64,000 nucleotides of DNA, taken from NCBI RefSeq assembly GCF_006345805.1, contig NC_042999.1, positions 14,012,001 to 14,076,000 of the forward strand, in the 5' to 3' direction. Position 1 is the stretch's first letter, and every line of letters starts with the position of its first letter. This DNA comes from Octopus sinensis (taxonomy: Eukaryota). The position numbers and the translations under genes were made by a program. Positions 12,686-27,900 of this stretch are shown here, piece by piece. The notes under the pieces were generated by a model, which was not told where the DNA came from, did not search any database, and worked only from the letters and a program-made list of their open reading frames with translations.

Positions 12686-14764
12686 TCCTGCACTTTATTT
12701 CACGTTGCTTTAGTCCACCCAGCAGACAAAAATGAGCTTTACCTGTATTTCAAAAGGGCCAGATTTGTTACATTCTGAATCTCCCTGAGAATTACATTAA
12801 TGCCCCAATTTCATTTTTTATTTGATTTATTACCAAAAATCTATTTTTATACAACTTTATCTGATACTAAATATATATAAAAATAAAGTATAATAATCGG
12901 CATCGTAGTGGCTGTGTGGTAAGTAGCGTGGCACCTTGGGCATGTGTCTTCTACTATAGCCTCGGGCCGACCAAAGCTTTGTGAGTGGATTTGGTAGACG
13001 GAAACTGAAAGAAGCCCGTCGTATATATGTATGTACGTGTGTATATGTTTGTGTGTCTGTGTTTGTCTCCCCTCCCCCCCAACATAGCTTGACAACCGGT
13101 TCAGCAAAAGTGACTGATAGACTAAGTACTAGGCTTACAAAGAATAAGTCCTGGGGTCGATTTGCTCGACTAAAGGCGGTGCTCCAGCATGGTCACAGTC
13201 AAATGACTGAAATAAGTAAACGAATATTTGAAAGTCACTAACTAAAGATATCTCAGAAAAATACAGGTGTTGCAGAAATATGATGGATTATCCTTCTGGT
13301 CCTAAAAAAGGACCATGGGTGCTAATGGGTTGAAGGTGCGCATGTTTGTGGAGTGTCCAGCCACTTGTCCATTAATTTCAAAAGCAGGCTGTTCCATTGA
13401 TAGGATCAACTGGAACACCCATCGTCGTAAACTGAAGAAAATCAATGTGAATTCGTTTAAGTTCACTGCATTACTTATAAGATTGTGAGCTGGCATTGTT
13501 GTTAGAGCACCAGGCAGAATGCTTTGCAGTTTTCATTCTGACTGCATTCTGAGCTCAAATCCATCCACGGTCAACTTTGCTTTTCATCCTTTTTGTGTTG
13601 ATGAAGAACCACTTCAGTATTTTTGTATCAATTTTTTTCTCTTGCTGTTTCTTGGCTGTATTCTAAGTTGGAGAGGGAGGGACTCTGTTGGGTTAAATAT
13701 ACTTATAAATGGATAGGTTGTAAAGCCATCTAATGTGACTCTACTCAGAAGGCTGTAATATCATTTGACAGGAACATGATATAAAGAAATACATGGAACA
13801 AGGTGTAACTTTAAATGTCTTTAATGCAGGCCAAACGTATGTATACACAAGCTGAATGATAAATGGAAGTGGTTGATGGACATTTACTCATATATCTACA
13901 TGCATCTGCGGGGATTGTATGTTTGCTGTTAACTCTGGTGAGGAACTCATGAACAGCAATATATTAGAACCTGTGCAGTGTGTTGGTGCTGTGTAGAAAT
14001 GTTGTTGATGACGTTGGTGAGAAACCTGATGGTGCTGACGAAAACGGAGGTTGCTGTAATGTGGTCAGTGGTTAAACCTTAGAAGGTCTGGAACCAACAG
14101 AGTCCGAGACTAGGAGGAGATGAGTTTTTATAGCTAACGGTAGGCTCAAATGTTGTTTAGAACAGACTGTCTCACGTGATTTATTTGGAGACTGTGATTA
14201 GTTGGGTTGCATATTGATGCACCAATACCACCCAATCAGAGTATTAGACACAACGGGGTCCATAACAGCACCCAAAGGTTAGCTGTTACCTGCTATGTTC
14301 GTAAGTATGTATATGTAATAGAGAGAGGAAGTTCACTAGAGTTCGCTACACACTCAAGACACATCCTGTGTCATAACAGCAGTTCCTTTATAACTGTATC
14401 AGGAATTGAGGGTGCAAGAAAGGATGATAGGTAGAGAGAGGAAGGGAAGGAGGCAGGAAAGAAAAGATGGAGGGAAGAAGAAAGGGAAGGAGGGTGGAAG
14501 GAAATGAAATAAGGAGAGCAAGGAAGGTAGGCAGTAGGAAGGATATTAATAGTAAAGTGTGTGCTATCACACTTGATGTAATAAGCCAAGAATTTTAAAT
14601 TAATTAAAATTACAGCCTAAAAGTTGAAAAGAATTATTTAAGTGACAAATTCTGGCAAAAATTGTAGGTTGTCAGTGAAGACAAATCCAAAATTTGAATT
14701 GATGAAAAGTAATTGAATACATAATGTCTTGGGTAGTGAATCTGATCCATAGTATGTGGGGATA

Positions 14765-14807
14765 ACTCCAGGCATGTTTCACTCCCATTATCCCTCATCA
14801 GAGAAGC
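14765..14807 (-). ncRNA. Degenerate minimal hammerhead ribozyme motif (Penelope type)
   Basis: Minus strand GCTTCT-CTGATGA-GGGATAATGGGAGT-GAAAC-AT-GCC-TGGAGT; the cleavage triplet GUC is mutated to GCC. Confidence 0.55.
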
Positions 14808-15162
14808 AGTTACAGTCTAACTATAACTACCAAATCTTAGAACAACTAGAGAGATAGAGGATTTTTAGGAGTGAACACTGAGTGATGTGTACATTTAAAA
14901 GAAAGATAAGGGAATATTTAATTATCCAGGGCTGCCTGTTGCATGAAGTCTAAGTAGGAAAGTTAGTGCTAGTGTATTTAAAGCAATAATTCAATTAGTA
15001 TTATTTAATGAAATATTACATCGTTAATGGAGAGGACAATGATTATTGGAATGAGTAAATCTGATAAAAAATGAAATGGGACACAGTTTAGAAATTTTAA
15101 TTAATATCAACTATATATGGAATGCAGTAAGAAATTAAGTTCAATCTTTAGCAGTGGGTGAC

Positions 15163-15206
15163 AATGCTAGACAGTGTTCACTCTTATTGGTCCTCATCAG
15201 GGAAAC
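15163..15206 (-). ncRNA. Degenerate minimal hammerhead motif, inverted partner of 15363-15405
   Basis: Minus strand GTTTCC-CTGATGA-GGACCAATAAGAGT-GAAC-ACTGTC-TAGCATT. Confidence 0.5.
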
Positions 15207-15362
15207 TTAGTTTACCTGTAAGTGCATGAACATAGAATAGTATTCTCTGGGTATTTTGCCTCATTTTATTCTTCTAAGCTATTATGCCACACAGGGTTCA
15301 CTCATGATAAATCTATATACTTCTCTTGTCATTTGAACACGTTGCACTAACAATTAGACTAT

Positions 15363-15405
15363 GCTTCGCTGATGAGGGCTAATAAGAGTGAAACATGTCT
15401 AGAGT
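15363..15405 (+). ncRNA. Minimal type-I hammerhead ribozyme motif with intact core residues
   Basis: GCTTCG-CTGATGA-G(GGCTAATAAGAG)T-GAAAC-AT-GTC-TAGAGT: 1-bp helix II, palindromic ACATGT helix III, GUC triplet, weakened helix I. Confidence 0.6.
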
Positions 15406-16429
15406 TGTCACACTGTTGCTAAATATCAAACCCATTTTGTTTTAATTGATTAATTCTATTTAATTAATTCTTTTAATTAATTATAATCTCAGGGTTGTCT
15501 TTTTGTTTTCTTTTACTATAATTAAATATCTAGATAAATGTGGTTCTTTGTAAATATTTCTTTGTTTACTGTGTCAACTATGATAGCATCTACTTTACTG
15601 TTCAGTAAACTCCTGGTTTCTATTCAACATAAGGTGAATATAAAGTAATGTTAACATTAGAAGGGTTTGAATTCTGATAAGGAAAACAAAGGACTAGATT
15701 CTTCAAATGATCTGTGCACAGAGGTCACTTGTACTCCTGCCTGGATGTTGCAGCTAAGCTTTTTTTTTTAGTGATTCCTTGAGAAGTAAGAAGAGGAAGG
15801 ACAGAAAGGAAAAAATGAAATGAAGGCAAAATAAGAAGTGTTAGAAGAATATTTCTCTTAGCTTAAACTATATTGGTCTCATCTCTTTAATCCTATTATG
15901 ATATCTAAATCCTAAATTATCAGTGTGCTGGGTTAGAAAAGGAAGACTCAGTTGTTTAAATCAAACAAAAGATAATGTTGAACCATGAGTGGCGTAGGAG
16001 TGGCTGTGTGGTAAGTAGCTTGCTTATGAACTACATGGTTCCGGGTTCAGTCCCACTGCGTGGCACCTTGGGCAAGTGTCTTCTACTATAGCCTCGGGCT
16101 GATCAAAGCCTTGTGAGTGGATTTGGTAGATGGAAGCTGAAAGAAGCCCATCATATATATGTATATATATAGAGGTGCAGGAGTGGCTGTATGGTAAGCA
16201 GCTTGCTTACCAACCACATAATTCCGGGTTCAGTCCCACTGGGTAAATGTCTTCTTCTATAGCCTCGGGCCGACCAAAGCCTCGTGAGCGGATTTGGTAG
16301 ACAGAAACTGAAAGAAGCCCGTCGTATATATGTGGTTCAGACAATGACCATGCTCAAAAGGTGTTTTACATGCTACCTGCATGGGAGCCAGTCCGGTGGC
16401 ACTGGCAACGATCACGCTAAGAAAATTAA

Positions 16430-16649
16430 CTCTTTAGTGTTCAGATTACTCTGTTAAATGTAATACTTTTTCACTCAAATTATTTTGAATTAATCATGCA
16501 TTATCTTATAGTTTTGAAGTTTCAATGATGTGATTGTTTATTTTTAGAATGTCAATGTAGGTTAGGTGTGAGAGGCTAGATATCACCAGTTTGAATATAA
16601 AATATGTAGAATATCTGGGCCGGATACGGCTGGTTTAAACACTAAAGGG
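16430..16649. mobile_element. piggyBac-like MITE
   Basis: TTAA on both sides; termini CTCTTTAGTGTT / AACACTAAAGGG. Confidence 0.75.
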
Positions 16650-16681
16650 TTAAAGAATACATATATACATACATCTGTCAT

Positions 16682-16910
16682 CTTCTTCTTCTTCTTCTTA
16701 CAACATTCACCCGGGGTGGGTTGAGCTGGCTTCATTCATCCTCAATGCTGCATCTCTCACAAATGCCGACCAGGCCTGGTGATTTGAGGCTAACAACCAC
16801 ATGATCTCTAACCACTCCTTATTCCAGCGGCGAACGCCATAGATATGGGGGCCTAGGTTGGGTTCCAGATCAGCCTTGACTGTCATCAGCCAGGTTTTTC
16901 GTTGTCCATA
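16682..16910 (-). mobile_element. 3' end of an RTE-clade LINE with a (GAA)n tail
   Basis: ORF end GQRKTWLMTVKADLE..GVRRWNKEWL..LASNHQAWSAFV, then a stop and AAGAAGAAG. Confidence 0.75.
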
Positions 16911-17593
16911 CATCTGTGTATGTGTATATATTTAAATGGGTGTGTGTGTGTCAATGTATATTATATAAGTTACCCTTTTCCAGTTACGACGATTGAGGTT
17001 TCAGTTGATCTGATCAAAAGAACAACCTGCTCATGAAATTAAAATGCAAGCGGCTGAGTACTCCACAGATATCTGTGTCTTTAATGTAGTTCTAAGGGAG
17101 ATTCAGTGTGACACAGAATGTGATAAGGCTGACCCTTATAATTACAGGTACTACTCATTTTTGCCAGCTGTGTGGACTGGAGCAACGTGAAATAAAGTGT
17201 CTTGCCTAAGAACACAATGTGCTGCCAGGAATTGAACTCATGACCTTTTGATTGTGAGCCAAATACCCAAACCACTAAGCCACCCACCTTCACTTGTATA
17301 TAATATATTTTATATTTTATTTGTTTGAAATTTTGGCCATACTGCAGCACCGGCTTGAAGAATTTTTTGTTGAAGAATCGACCCCAGTACTTGTTTTTTT
17401 TTTAAAGCTAGTAACTTATTCTGTTGGTCTCTTTCTCTTGAACAGCTAAATCAAGGGGGATGTAAACACACCAACACTGGTTGCCAAGCAATGGTGGGGG
17501 ACAAACACAGACACAAAGACACATACATCGTCATCATCACCGTCATCGTTTATATATACATACATAGACACAGACCTACATATATATATATAT

Positions 17594-17660
<67 letters not shown>

Positions 17661-17670
17661 CATATATATA

Positions 17671-17718
<48 letters not shown>

Positions 17719-18337
17719 ATTCATACAGTATCTCAGAGAAATATGTACACCCCTAAAAAAATTCAGTAAAATTGCCATTACTCTGATAATATTGAAGGGA
17801 ATCAAATGAAATTTATACTGAATAAAATATATTATACATGCAAACGTTATACAAATTTGGAAGACAAAACAATAAGCATTTTCAAAGATATGAACAAAAT
17901 ATTAATTTTCAAATGTTACAAAAATGTCTACACCCAAAGGAAATTTGCTATATTCAATATTTTATCCACTTTTTTTATTAAATTCAGATATTGCTGATAA
18001 TTTCAATTCTAATAAATTATTTCAATTCTGATAAAATATTTCTCCTGGCATTTTTGCACTGGTCATTATTATTGCATCTGCAGGAATTCTGATATGTGTA
18101 TTGTGGAGAGAAAATTTTCTTCATTGTGATTAAAATGACACCAAAAGGAAAAGAATTGTCTGAAAATTTGAAGAAAATTATTTTTAATTTGCTCAAGAAT
18201 GGTTTAGGATAGAAGTTAATTAGCAAACGAATACATATTAATGTAAACACAGTTGCCAAAGTAATTCAGAAGAGCAAAGCTATTGGATGGCAAAGAAATA
18301 AACATCATCCAGGTCAGTCTTCTAATTTAACTGTGAC

Positions 18338-18805
18338 CAGTCCCCGTGCCAGTGGCACATAAAAGACACCATTCGAGTGTGATCGTTACCAGTGTCGCCT
18401 TACTGGCACTTGTGCCCATGCTAGTAGGGTGCTAAGAGCACCATCTGAGCGTGATTGTTGCCAGAGTGGCTAACTGGCTTCCGTGCCGGTGGCATGTAAA
18501 CGGCACCATTCGAGCGTGATCATTACCAGCGTCGCCTTACTGGCACCAGTGCTGGTGGCATGTGTAAAAAGATTCAAGCGAGGTCGTTGCCAGTACCACC
18601 TGACTGGCCCCCATGCCGGTGGCATGTAAAAAGCACCCACTACACTCTTGGAGTGGTTGGCGTTAGGAAGGGCATCCAGCTGTAGAAACTCTGCCAGATC
18701 AAGATTGGAGCCTGGTGCAGCCATCTGGTTCACTAGCCCTCAGTCAAATCGTCCAACCCATGCCAGCATGGAAAGTGGACATTAAACGATGATGATAATG
18801 ATGAT
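18338..18805 (+). mobile_element. SINE/retroposon family B (internal ~40-bp subrepeats, (GAT)n tail), inserted in the Tc1
   Basis: GTTGGCGTTAGGAAGGGCATCCAGC...CATGGAAAGTGGACATTAAACGATGATG. Related copies at ~3405-3700, 29815-30360, 46185-46480, 46780-47150, 50500-51350, 55400-55710, 58925-59090, 60360-60668 and 63077-63320. Confidence 0.85.
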
Positions 18806-18964
18806 TTGATATTCACCACATCCAATGTTGCATGATGGACAACAGGTGTCATGCCACTTCATCTTTCGCCCAAGAAGTGTCTTCTGTTAATGGAAAGAGT
18901 GTATCCACCCAAAACAGTTCACTGAAGTTTGAACCAGTGTAGGCTTCACGGATGCATTCCTCAT

Positions 18965-19370
18965 AGGCACAGGAATGGCTGTGGTAAGTAGCTTGCCTAC
19001 GAACCACATGGTTCCAGGTTCATTCCCACTGTGTGGCACTTTGGGCAAGTATCTTCTACTATAGCCTCTGGCTGACCAAAGCCTTGTGAGTAGATTTGGT
19101 AGATGGAAACTGAAAGAAGCCTGTCGTATATATGTATATGCATATATATATATATGTGTTTGTATGTTTGTATGTCTGTGTTTGTCCCCCCAACATCGCT
19201 TGACAACCGATGCTGGTGTGTTTACGTCTCCGTAACTTAGCAGTTCGGCAAAAGAGACTGATAGAATAAGTACTAGGCTTACAAAGAATAAGTTCTGGGG
19301 TCGATTTGCTCGACTAAAGGTGGTGCTCCAGCATGGCCACAGTCAAATGACTGAAACAAGTAAAAGAGAG
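18965..19370 (+). mobile_element. Family A SINE inserted in the Tc1
   Basis: Complete head-to-tail copy that interrupts the transposase just before RKPLL. Confidence 0.9.
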
Positions 19371-19644
19371 TATAGGAAGCCTCTCCTCACTACCAGGCAT
19401 AAATCAAATCATCTTTCTTTTGCCGAAACCTAAGTGAGTAAGGAGAAGGAGTTTGGGAATAAAATTCTTTTTGCTGACGAGACTAAAATCAACTTGTTTG
19501 GATCAGATGATATTAAATGAGTATGGTGACGATCAGGTGGAGATAATAGTGACAAATGCACCGTGCCTATCATGAAATGTGGTGGTAGAAGTGTTATGCT
19601 TTGGGGATGCATGAGTGCAGCTGGTGTGGCAGGACTCACAGTTA

Positions 19645-20038
19645 CTCTTTACTCTTTTACTTGTTTCAGTCATTTGACTGTGGCCATGCTGGAGCACCAC
19701 CTTTAGTCGAGCAAATCGACCCCAGGACTTATTCTTTATAAGCCTTGTACTTATTCTATTTGTCTCTTTTGCCGAACTGCTAAGTTACAGGGATGTAAAC
19801 ACACCAGCATCGGATGTCAAGCAATGTTGGTGGGGGGACAAACACAGACACACAAACATATACACATACGTACCTACATATATATGACGGGGTTCTTTCA
19901 GTTTCTGTCTACCAAATCCACTCACAAGGCTGTGGTTGGCCTGAGGCTATAGTAGAAGACACTTGCCCAAGGTGCCACATAGTGGAACTGAACCCGGAAC
20001 CATGTGGTTGGTAAGCAAGCTACTTACCACACAGCCAC
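19645..20038 (-). mobile_element. Family A SINE inserted in the Tc1, inverted relative to the previous copy
   Basis: Reverse complement of 18965-19370. Confidence 0.9.
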
Positions 20039-20638
20039 AATGGCTTCAAGGCTTTATTATGACATATTGCAGAAAAAATGTTGGAAGGCATCAAAGAGCT
20101 AGGAAGACATTCCATGTTCCAACACAATAATGACCCTAAACACACTTCAAAGATGACGAATAAGTTTTTATCAGGTAAAAAGATATTGCCTTGGCCTAGC
20201 ATGTCACCTGATTTATACCCGATAGAACAGCTGAGGGGTGTTTTGAAAAGGAAGTTTGAGGAGAAAGCCCTGCAATGTAACACAATTGAATGACATCTTT
20301 TAGGATGAATTGAGGTCGATTTCATCAGTTATATGTGGAAATTTCCTCGACTCTATGCCCAGAAGACTTAATGCAGTCATTGAAAGCAAGGGCAGTCACA
20401 CCAAATGTTGAATATAGCAAAGAATCCATTAGGGTGTACATATTTTTGTATTGTTTGAAAATTAATAATTTGTTCATATCTTTGAAAATGTTTATTGTTT
20501 TGTGTTCCAAATTTGCATGATATTTGCATATATAACATTTTATCCAGTATAAATTTCATTTGGTTTTTTTTTTGATATTAGCAGAGTATTGGCAATTGTA
20601 CTGAAATTTTTCAGGGGTGTACATACTTCTGTGAGATA

Positions 20639-20691
<53 letters not shown>

Positions 20692-20692
20692 T

Positions 20693-20723
<31 letters not shown>

Positions 20724-20801
20724 CAGATATATATATACACACATATATATATACATATATATATATACACACACACACATATATATATTATATATATATA
20801 T

Positions 20802-20843
<42 letters not shown>

Positions 20844-21136
20844 TATATATATATTTATACACATACATACATACATACATACATACATACATACATACAT
20901 GGGTTGGATGGTTTGACAGGAGCCAGCCAGGCAGGAGCTGGCACCAGACTTCTGTGTCTGTTTTGGCACGATTTTTACAGGTGGATGCCATCCTAACACC
21001 AGCCACTGAGCAGAGTGGACTGAGTGTTTTCTACAGGGCACCAACACAGGTGAGGTCAGTTTTAGCATGGTTTTTATCACTGGATGCCCTTCCAAATGCC
21101 AACCACTTTACAGTGTGGACTAGATACTTTTCACAT

Positions 21137-21180
<44 letters not shown>

Positions 21181-21454
21181 ATATAGAACAGGCTTCTTCT
21201 AGGTTCCATCTACCAAATCCACTCACAAAGCATAGGTCAGCCCAAGACTATGATACAAGACATTTGCTCAAGGTGCCATGCAGTGGGAGTGAACTTGGAA
21301 CCATGTGGTTGAAAAGCAAGCTTCTTACCTTTCAGCCACACATGCATCTACACATATATGTATATTTATGACTGTGTGTATGTGTGTGTGTGCATGTGTG
21401 TTTGTGTGTGTGTGTGTATATATATATATGCACACTCATATACATGTGTAGATA

Positions 21455-21502
<48 letters not shown>

Positions 21503-21512
21503 CACACACATA

Positions 21513-21552
<40 letters not shown>

Positions 21553-21998
21553 TATAGCGTAGAGAGAGAGAGACAGATATATGCACATGAACATAGGAAA
21601 GAAGGGGAAGAGAGAGACAGAGATAGAGAGAGAGTGGGAGAGAGGAGGATGGTGAGTGATGATGGTTTCTCCTTTAGCTAAAAAGTTGTTTGCCAAACTA
21701 GTAATGTAATATCTTGTCATGTAACAGGAAATAACAGCTGTAGCAAGACACAACACACTCCAAGTAGAAAAAAAGCCCTGGAGTTCAGTGCTTGTAATAT
21801 TGACAGACACTGCTCACAGTCATGAAAGATCTCTCATTCCTGAATACATAGGCACGCACACACACACACACATACACACATACACACACACAAACATGCA
21901 CACACACACACACACATTTATGTTCAAGTGAGGCAAGAATGTAAAACTAGACGTAAAATTATACTGATGAGTATGGTAATGAAGTTTTATATGTGTGT

Positions 21999-22035
<37 letters not shown>

Positions 22036-22384
22036 TTTTGAATATATATATATATTTATTATATATATGTTATATATTATATGTCTTCATTTTCATCATC
22101 ATCATCATCGTTTAACATCTGCTTTCCATGCTGGCATGGGTTGGTACATTTGACGTGGAGCTGGCCTACTGGGCACTGTCCAGACTTTGATTGTTGTGGC
22201 ATGGTTTTTATGACTGGATGCTATTCCTAATGCCAACCCATTGACAGAGTGTGCTGGGTGCTTTTGATGTGCATTTATGCAGCTTTGATTTTGGTTGTGT
22301 TCATACAACACTAGCATAGATGTGTATATGAAGCAGTGGCACGGGTGCATGTATACACAGCACCAGTACAGGTGCTTTGGATAT

Positions 22385-24759
<2,375 letters not shown>

Positions 24760-25580
24760 GTATATACATATATGGCTGCTGTCTAATGAATGAAACAATA
24801 AAAGATAAAAGATGTATAGACACAAAAACATGTATTTATATATGCAAATATTATACGTGTATATGTGCGTATATATTTATGCATGTGTGTATGATATATG
24901 TATGCATTTGTGTACATTTCTATGTGTGCACTTATCTAACCACACACACACTATTGACAGACATCCTCTCTATCACTGATAAAAATTCCTCACATGGTTT
25001 TACTTTATGCAGTCTGTCTTCAGACTTGCGATAAACAGACTGCATGTGTGGCAGAAGACTATTTCACAAAATAATTTCAAATCAATATCAAGTGTGTAGG
25101 TCAGTTTGACTGATACATCGATTCATTGAATGCTCGATTGATTGATTGATTGATTGCCTTTATAGTATTGATGGTTTATAGATAGTTTTTTAGACATCTA
25201 TTAAGTATGCGGTGCAGATGACCTAGTCCTCTCTAAACCCTGGTGAATCTTCCTCTCTAAGGAGTTTGGAAACAAAAGTACTGTTGTCTTGTCTTATCGA
25301 TATTGAACTTCAGGCTATTTTATGGTCAGCCTTTCTTAGGATATAACTGGGAATTAACGGTGGAGTTTTGTAGAGCTTTATGAGTGTATTTAGCAGGATA
25401 CCAGTCAGTGAATGGCTGTGTGGTAAGAAGTTTGTTTCCAAACCATATGGTTCCTTGTTTCCACTGTGTGTCACTATGGGCAAGTGTCTTCTACTATAGC
25501 CTTGGGCCAACCAAAGCCTTGTGAGTCGATTTGGTAGATGGAAACTGAAAGAAGACTATCTTGTGTGTGTGTGTGTGTTT

Positions 25581-26942
25581 CAGAATAGAGTGAAGTTTTT
25601 TCGGTCTTTCATGTTTTTCAACAAGTTTTAGCATCCAATCGTTGGTTGCTTCAAGGTATTTGGCCAGTTCGATTGTGGTAGTTTTGTATGTAAGTTCAAG
25701 CTGGATCAAACCTCGACCTCCCTGAGCTCTGGGAAGGTAAAGATGATCCACGTCTGCCTTTGGATGGTGCATCTTATTACAAGTCAGTAGTTTGCGGATT
25801 TTTCTATCAATTTTCATTATTTCACTGGTATTCCAGTTAAGCACATTGAAGCTATAAAGAACAACTGGTACTGCTAAGGAATTTATGGCTAACACCTTAT
25901 TATATGCATTCAGCTCAGACTTCAGGATTGCTCGGACTCTTCTATAACATTCCTTCTTAACCTTCTCTTTCATGTTTGCATGCTGAATATCAGAGCCTTC
26001 ATTTATTCCTAGGTATTTATAGGTTTGTTCCTGCTCAAGTTCCTTTATTACTGTTTTGACATCTAATTCAATTGAACTTGACTTTACCAATTTTCCTTTC
26101 TTAAAAGTGGCTTCGGCACACTTTTCAATGCCAAACTCCAACCCGATATCATCACTGAATCCTTTCACAGTATGTAGTAGTCCTTCAAGCTCATCATCAT
26201 CATTGCCATATAGTTTTAAATCACCCATATAAAATAGATGGCTTATTTTCCTGTTGTCAATTTTGTAGCTATATCCTGTTCTATTCAGTTCACTTGAGAG
26301 TGGTATTAGTGCTATGCAGAAAATTAATGGTGAAAGTGAGTCACCTTGGAAAATGTCACAGTTTATGCTAATATTGTTTGAGCGCAATACTCCATTAGAA
26401 TGATGTAATTGGAGCTTCGTGTTCCATAGTGACATATTATACTTTAAAAAATCTGAAATCACAGGAGAAATTTTGAAAATGTCCAGCGATTTCAGAATCC
26501 ACGAATGCGGTATGCTGTCAAAGGCTTTTTCATAATCAATCCATGAAGAACTGAGATTTCTGCGCTTGTTATGGCAGTTCTCAAGGATCATGCGATTAAT
26601 TAGGAGCTGATCTTTGCATCCGTATGAGCCTCGTCTGCATCCTTTTTGTTCAATAGGAAAGAGGTTATTCTCTTCCATAAACGTATATGTTTTCTCTACT
26701 AGAATAGATGTCAAGATCTTATAGGTAGTAGACAAACATGTTATAGGCCGGTAGTTTTTTGGGTCTTTCGTTTCGTTATTTTTGGGGAGGAGGTAAGTAA
26801 TACCATTTGCCATCCAATGGGGAGTTTTTTTGGGTCTTTCATAATACTATTAAATAGTATTACTAACATTTTGTGTGCGGACGAGAGTGATGAGAGCCAG
26901 AAATTTGGTACTCTATCAGTACCAGGGGACTTCCAGTTAGCC

Positions 26943-26944
<2 letters not shown>
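25581..26944 (-). mobile_element. R4/Dong-clade non-LTR retrotransposon RT fragment
   Basis: NWKSPGTDRVPNFW (frameshift) GITYLLPK, YRPITCL, EQKGCRRGSYGCKDQLLI, WIDYEKAFDS, QGDSLSPL, SHLFYMGDLKLY, YKYLG, LYLPRAQGGRGL. About 410 codons are open. The 5' junction abuts (TAA)n. Confidence 0.88.
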
Positions 26945-26984
<40 letters not shown>

Positions 26985-27429
26985 CATCATCATCATCATC
27001 ATCATCATTATACTTGAGACAGTAAAACATGTTCTGTCTTGTACTCCAATACTATGGGTTTATTTTTTTTATCAACTGAAATTACATGGAAAATATTCTT
27101 TCTCTTAGCATAGAACTTCTACATAGGGAGGCAAGAATTTGTTTGTTTGTATTATTTTCCTTTCATGAGAAAGACTTTAATTTGAGAAGAAAATTTTATT
27201 CCTTTCCAACAAATAATGATAATAACAATAATAGTGAACTGTAAAAAAATATTCAAGTGAAAATAAATACATCTTAAAGGACAGTAAACAGAGAAATAAA
27301 AGGTTGAGAAAGTCGATATCTCAGCAGAAATGGAGAGATTTATGTAAAGGAGAGAGAGAGAGAGAGAAACGACCATATTGTTTAGAAGCGAAAGACAACA
27401 TTATTTTAGAGAATGTGAATGACATGGGG

Positions 27430-27705
27430 ATAGCAACAACAACAACAGGACAACAGCGACAACAGTGACAACAACAACAACAACAATGACAACAACAGTG
27501 ACAGCAGCGACAACATTGTCATTGATAACAGAAGCAAAATCAACCATAACAGCAACAGCTGCAAGAAGAAGAAGAGAAGAAGAAGAAGAAGAAGAAGAAG
27601 AAGAAAAGAAGAAGAAGAAGAAAAGAAGAAGAAGAAGAAGAAGAAGAAGAAGAAAACGAAGAAGAAGAAGAAAAAGAAGAAGAAGAAAACGAAGAAGAAG
27701 AAGAA

Positions 27706-27737
<32 letters not shown>

Positions 27738-27900
27738 AGAAGAGCAAGAACAAGAACATCATCATCATCATCATCATCATCAACAACAGCAGCAGTAGCA
27801 ACAATTACAGCAACAACAACATCAACAGCAACAAGAACAACATCATCATCAACAACAGCAGCAGCAGCAACAATTACAACAACATTAACAACAGCACCAA
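27430..27900. repeat. Compound (CAA)n/(GAA)n/(CAT)n microsatellite
   Basis: Direct reading. Confidence 0.95.

Larger units (their letters stand above)
18135..20410 (+). pseudogene. Tc1 transposase pseudogene split by three SINEs
   Basis: MTPKGKELSENLKKII (HTH), RKPLLT..H, ILFADETKINLFGSD, GGRSVMLWGCM, FQHNNDPKHTS, WPSMSPDLYPIE; several in-frame stops. Confidence 0.92.
17726..20641 (+). mobile_element. Full-length but defective Tc1 (DDxE type) transposon with ~235-bp IR-DR terminal repeats
   Basis: TA-CAGTATCTCA...TGAGATACTG-TA. TIRs ~17726-17961 and ~20403-20641 carry an ATGTACACCC-like motif at both ends of each arm. Transposase remnants lie inside. Confidence 0.93.

Noticed and set aside
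13302-13496. Possible minus-strand exon
   Set aside because: The same sequence occurs at ~16981-17070 and ~40240-40290, so it is a dispersed repeat
13620-14380. Possible decayed LTR or Penelope internal region
   Set aside because: No second LTR, clear PBS or recognisable protein motif; left unassigned
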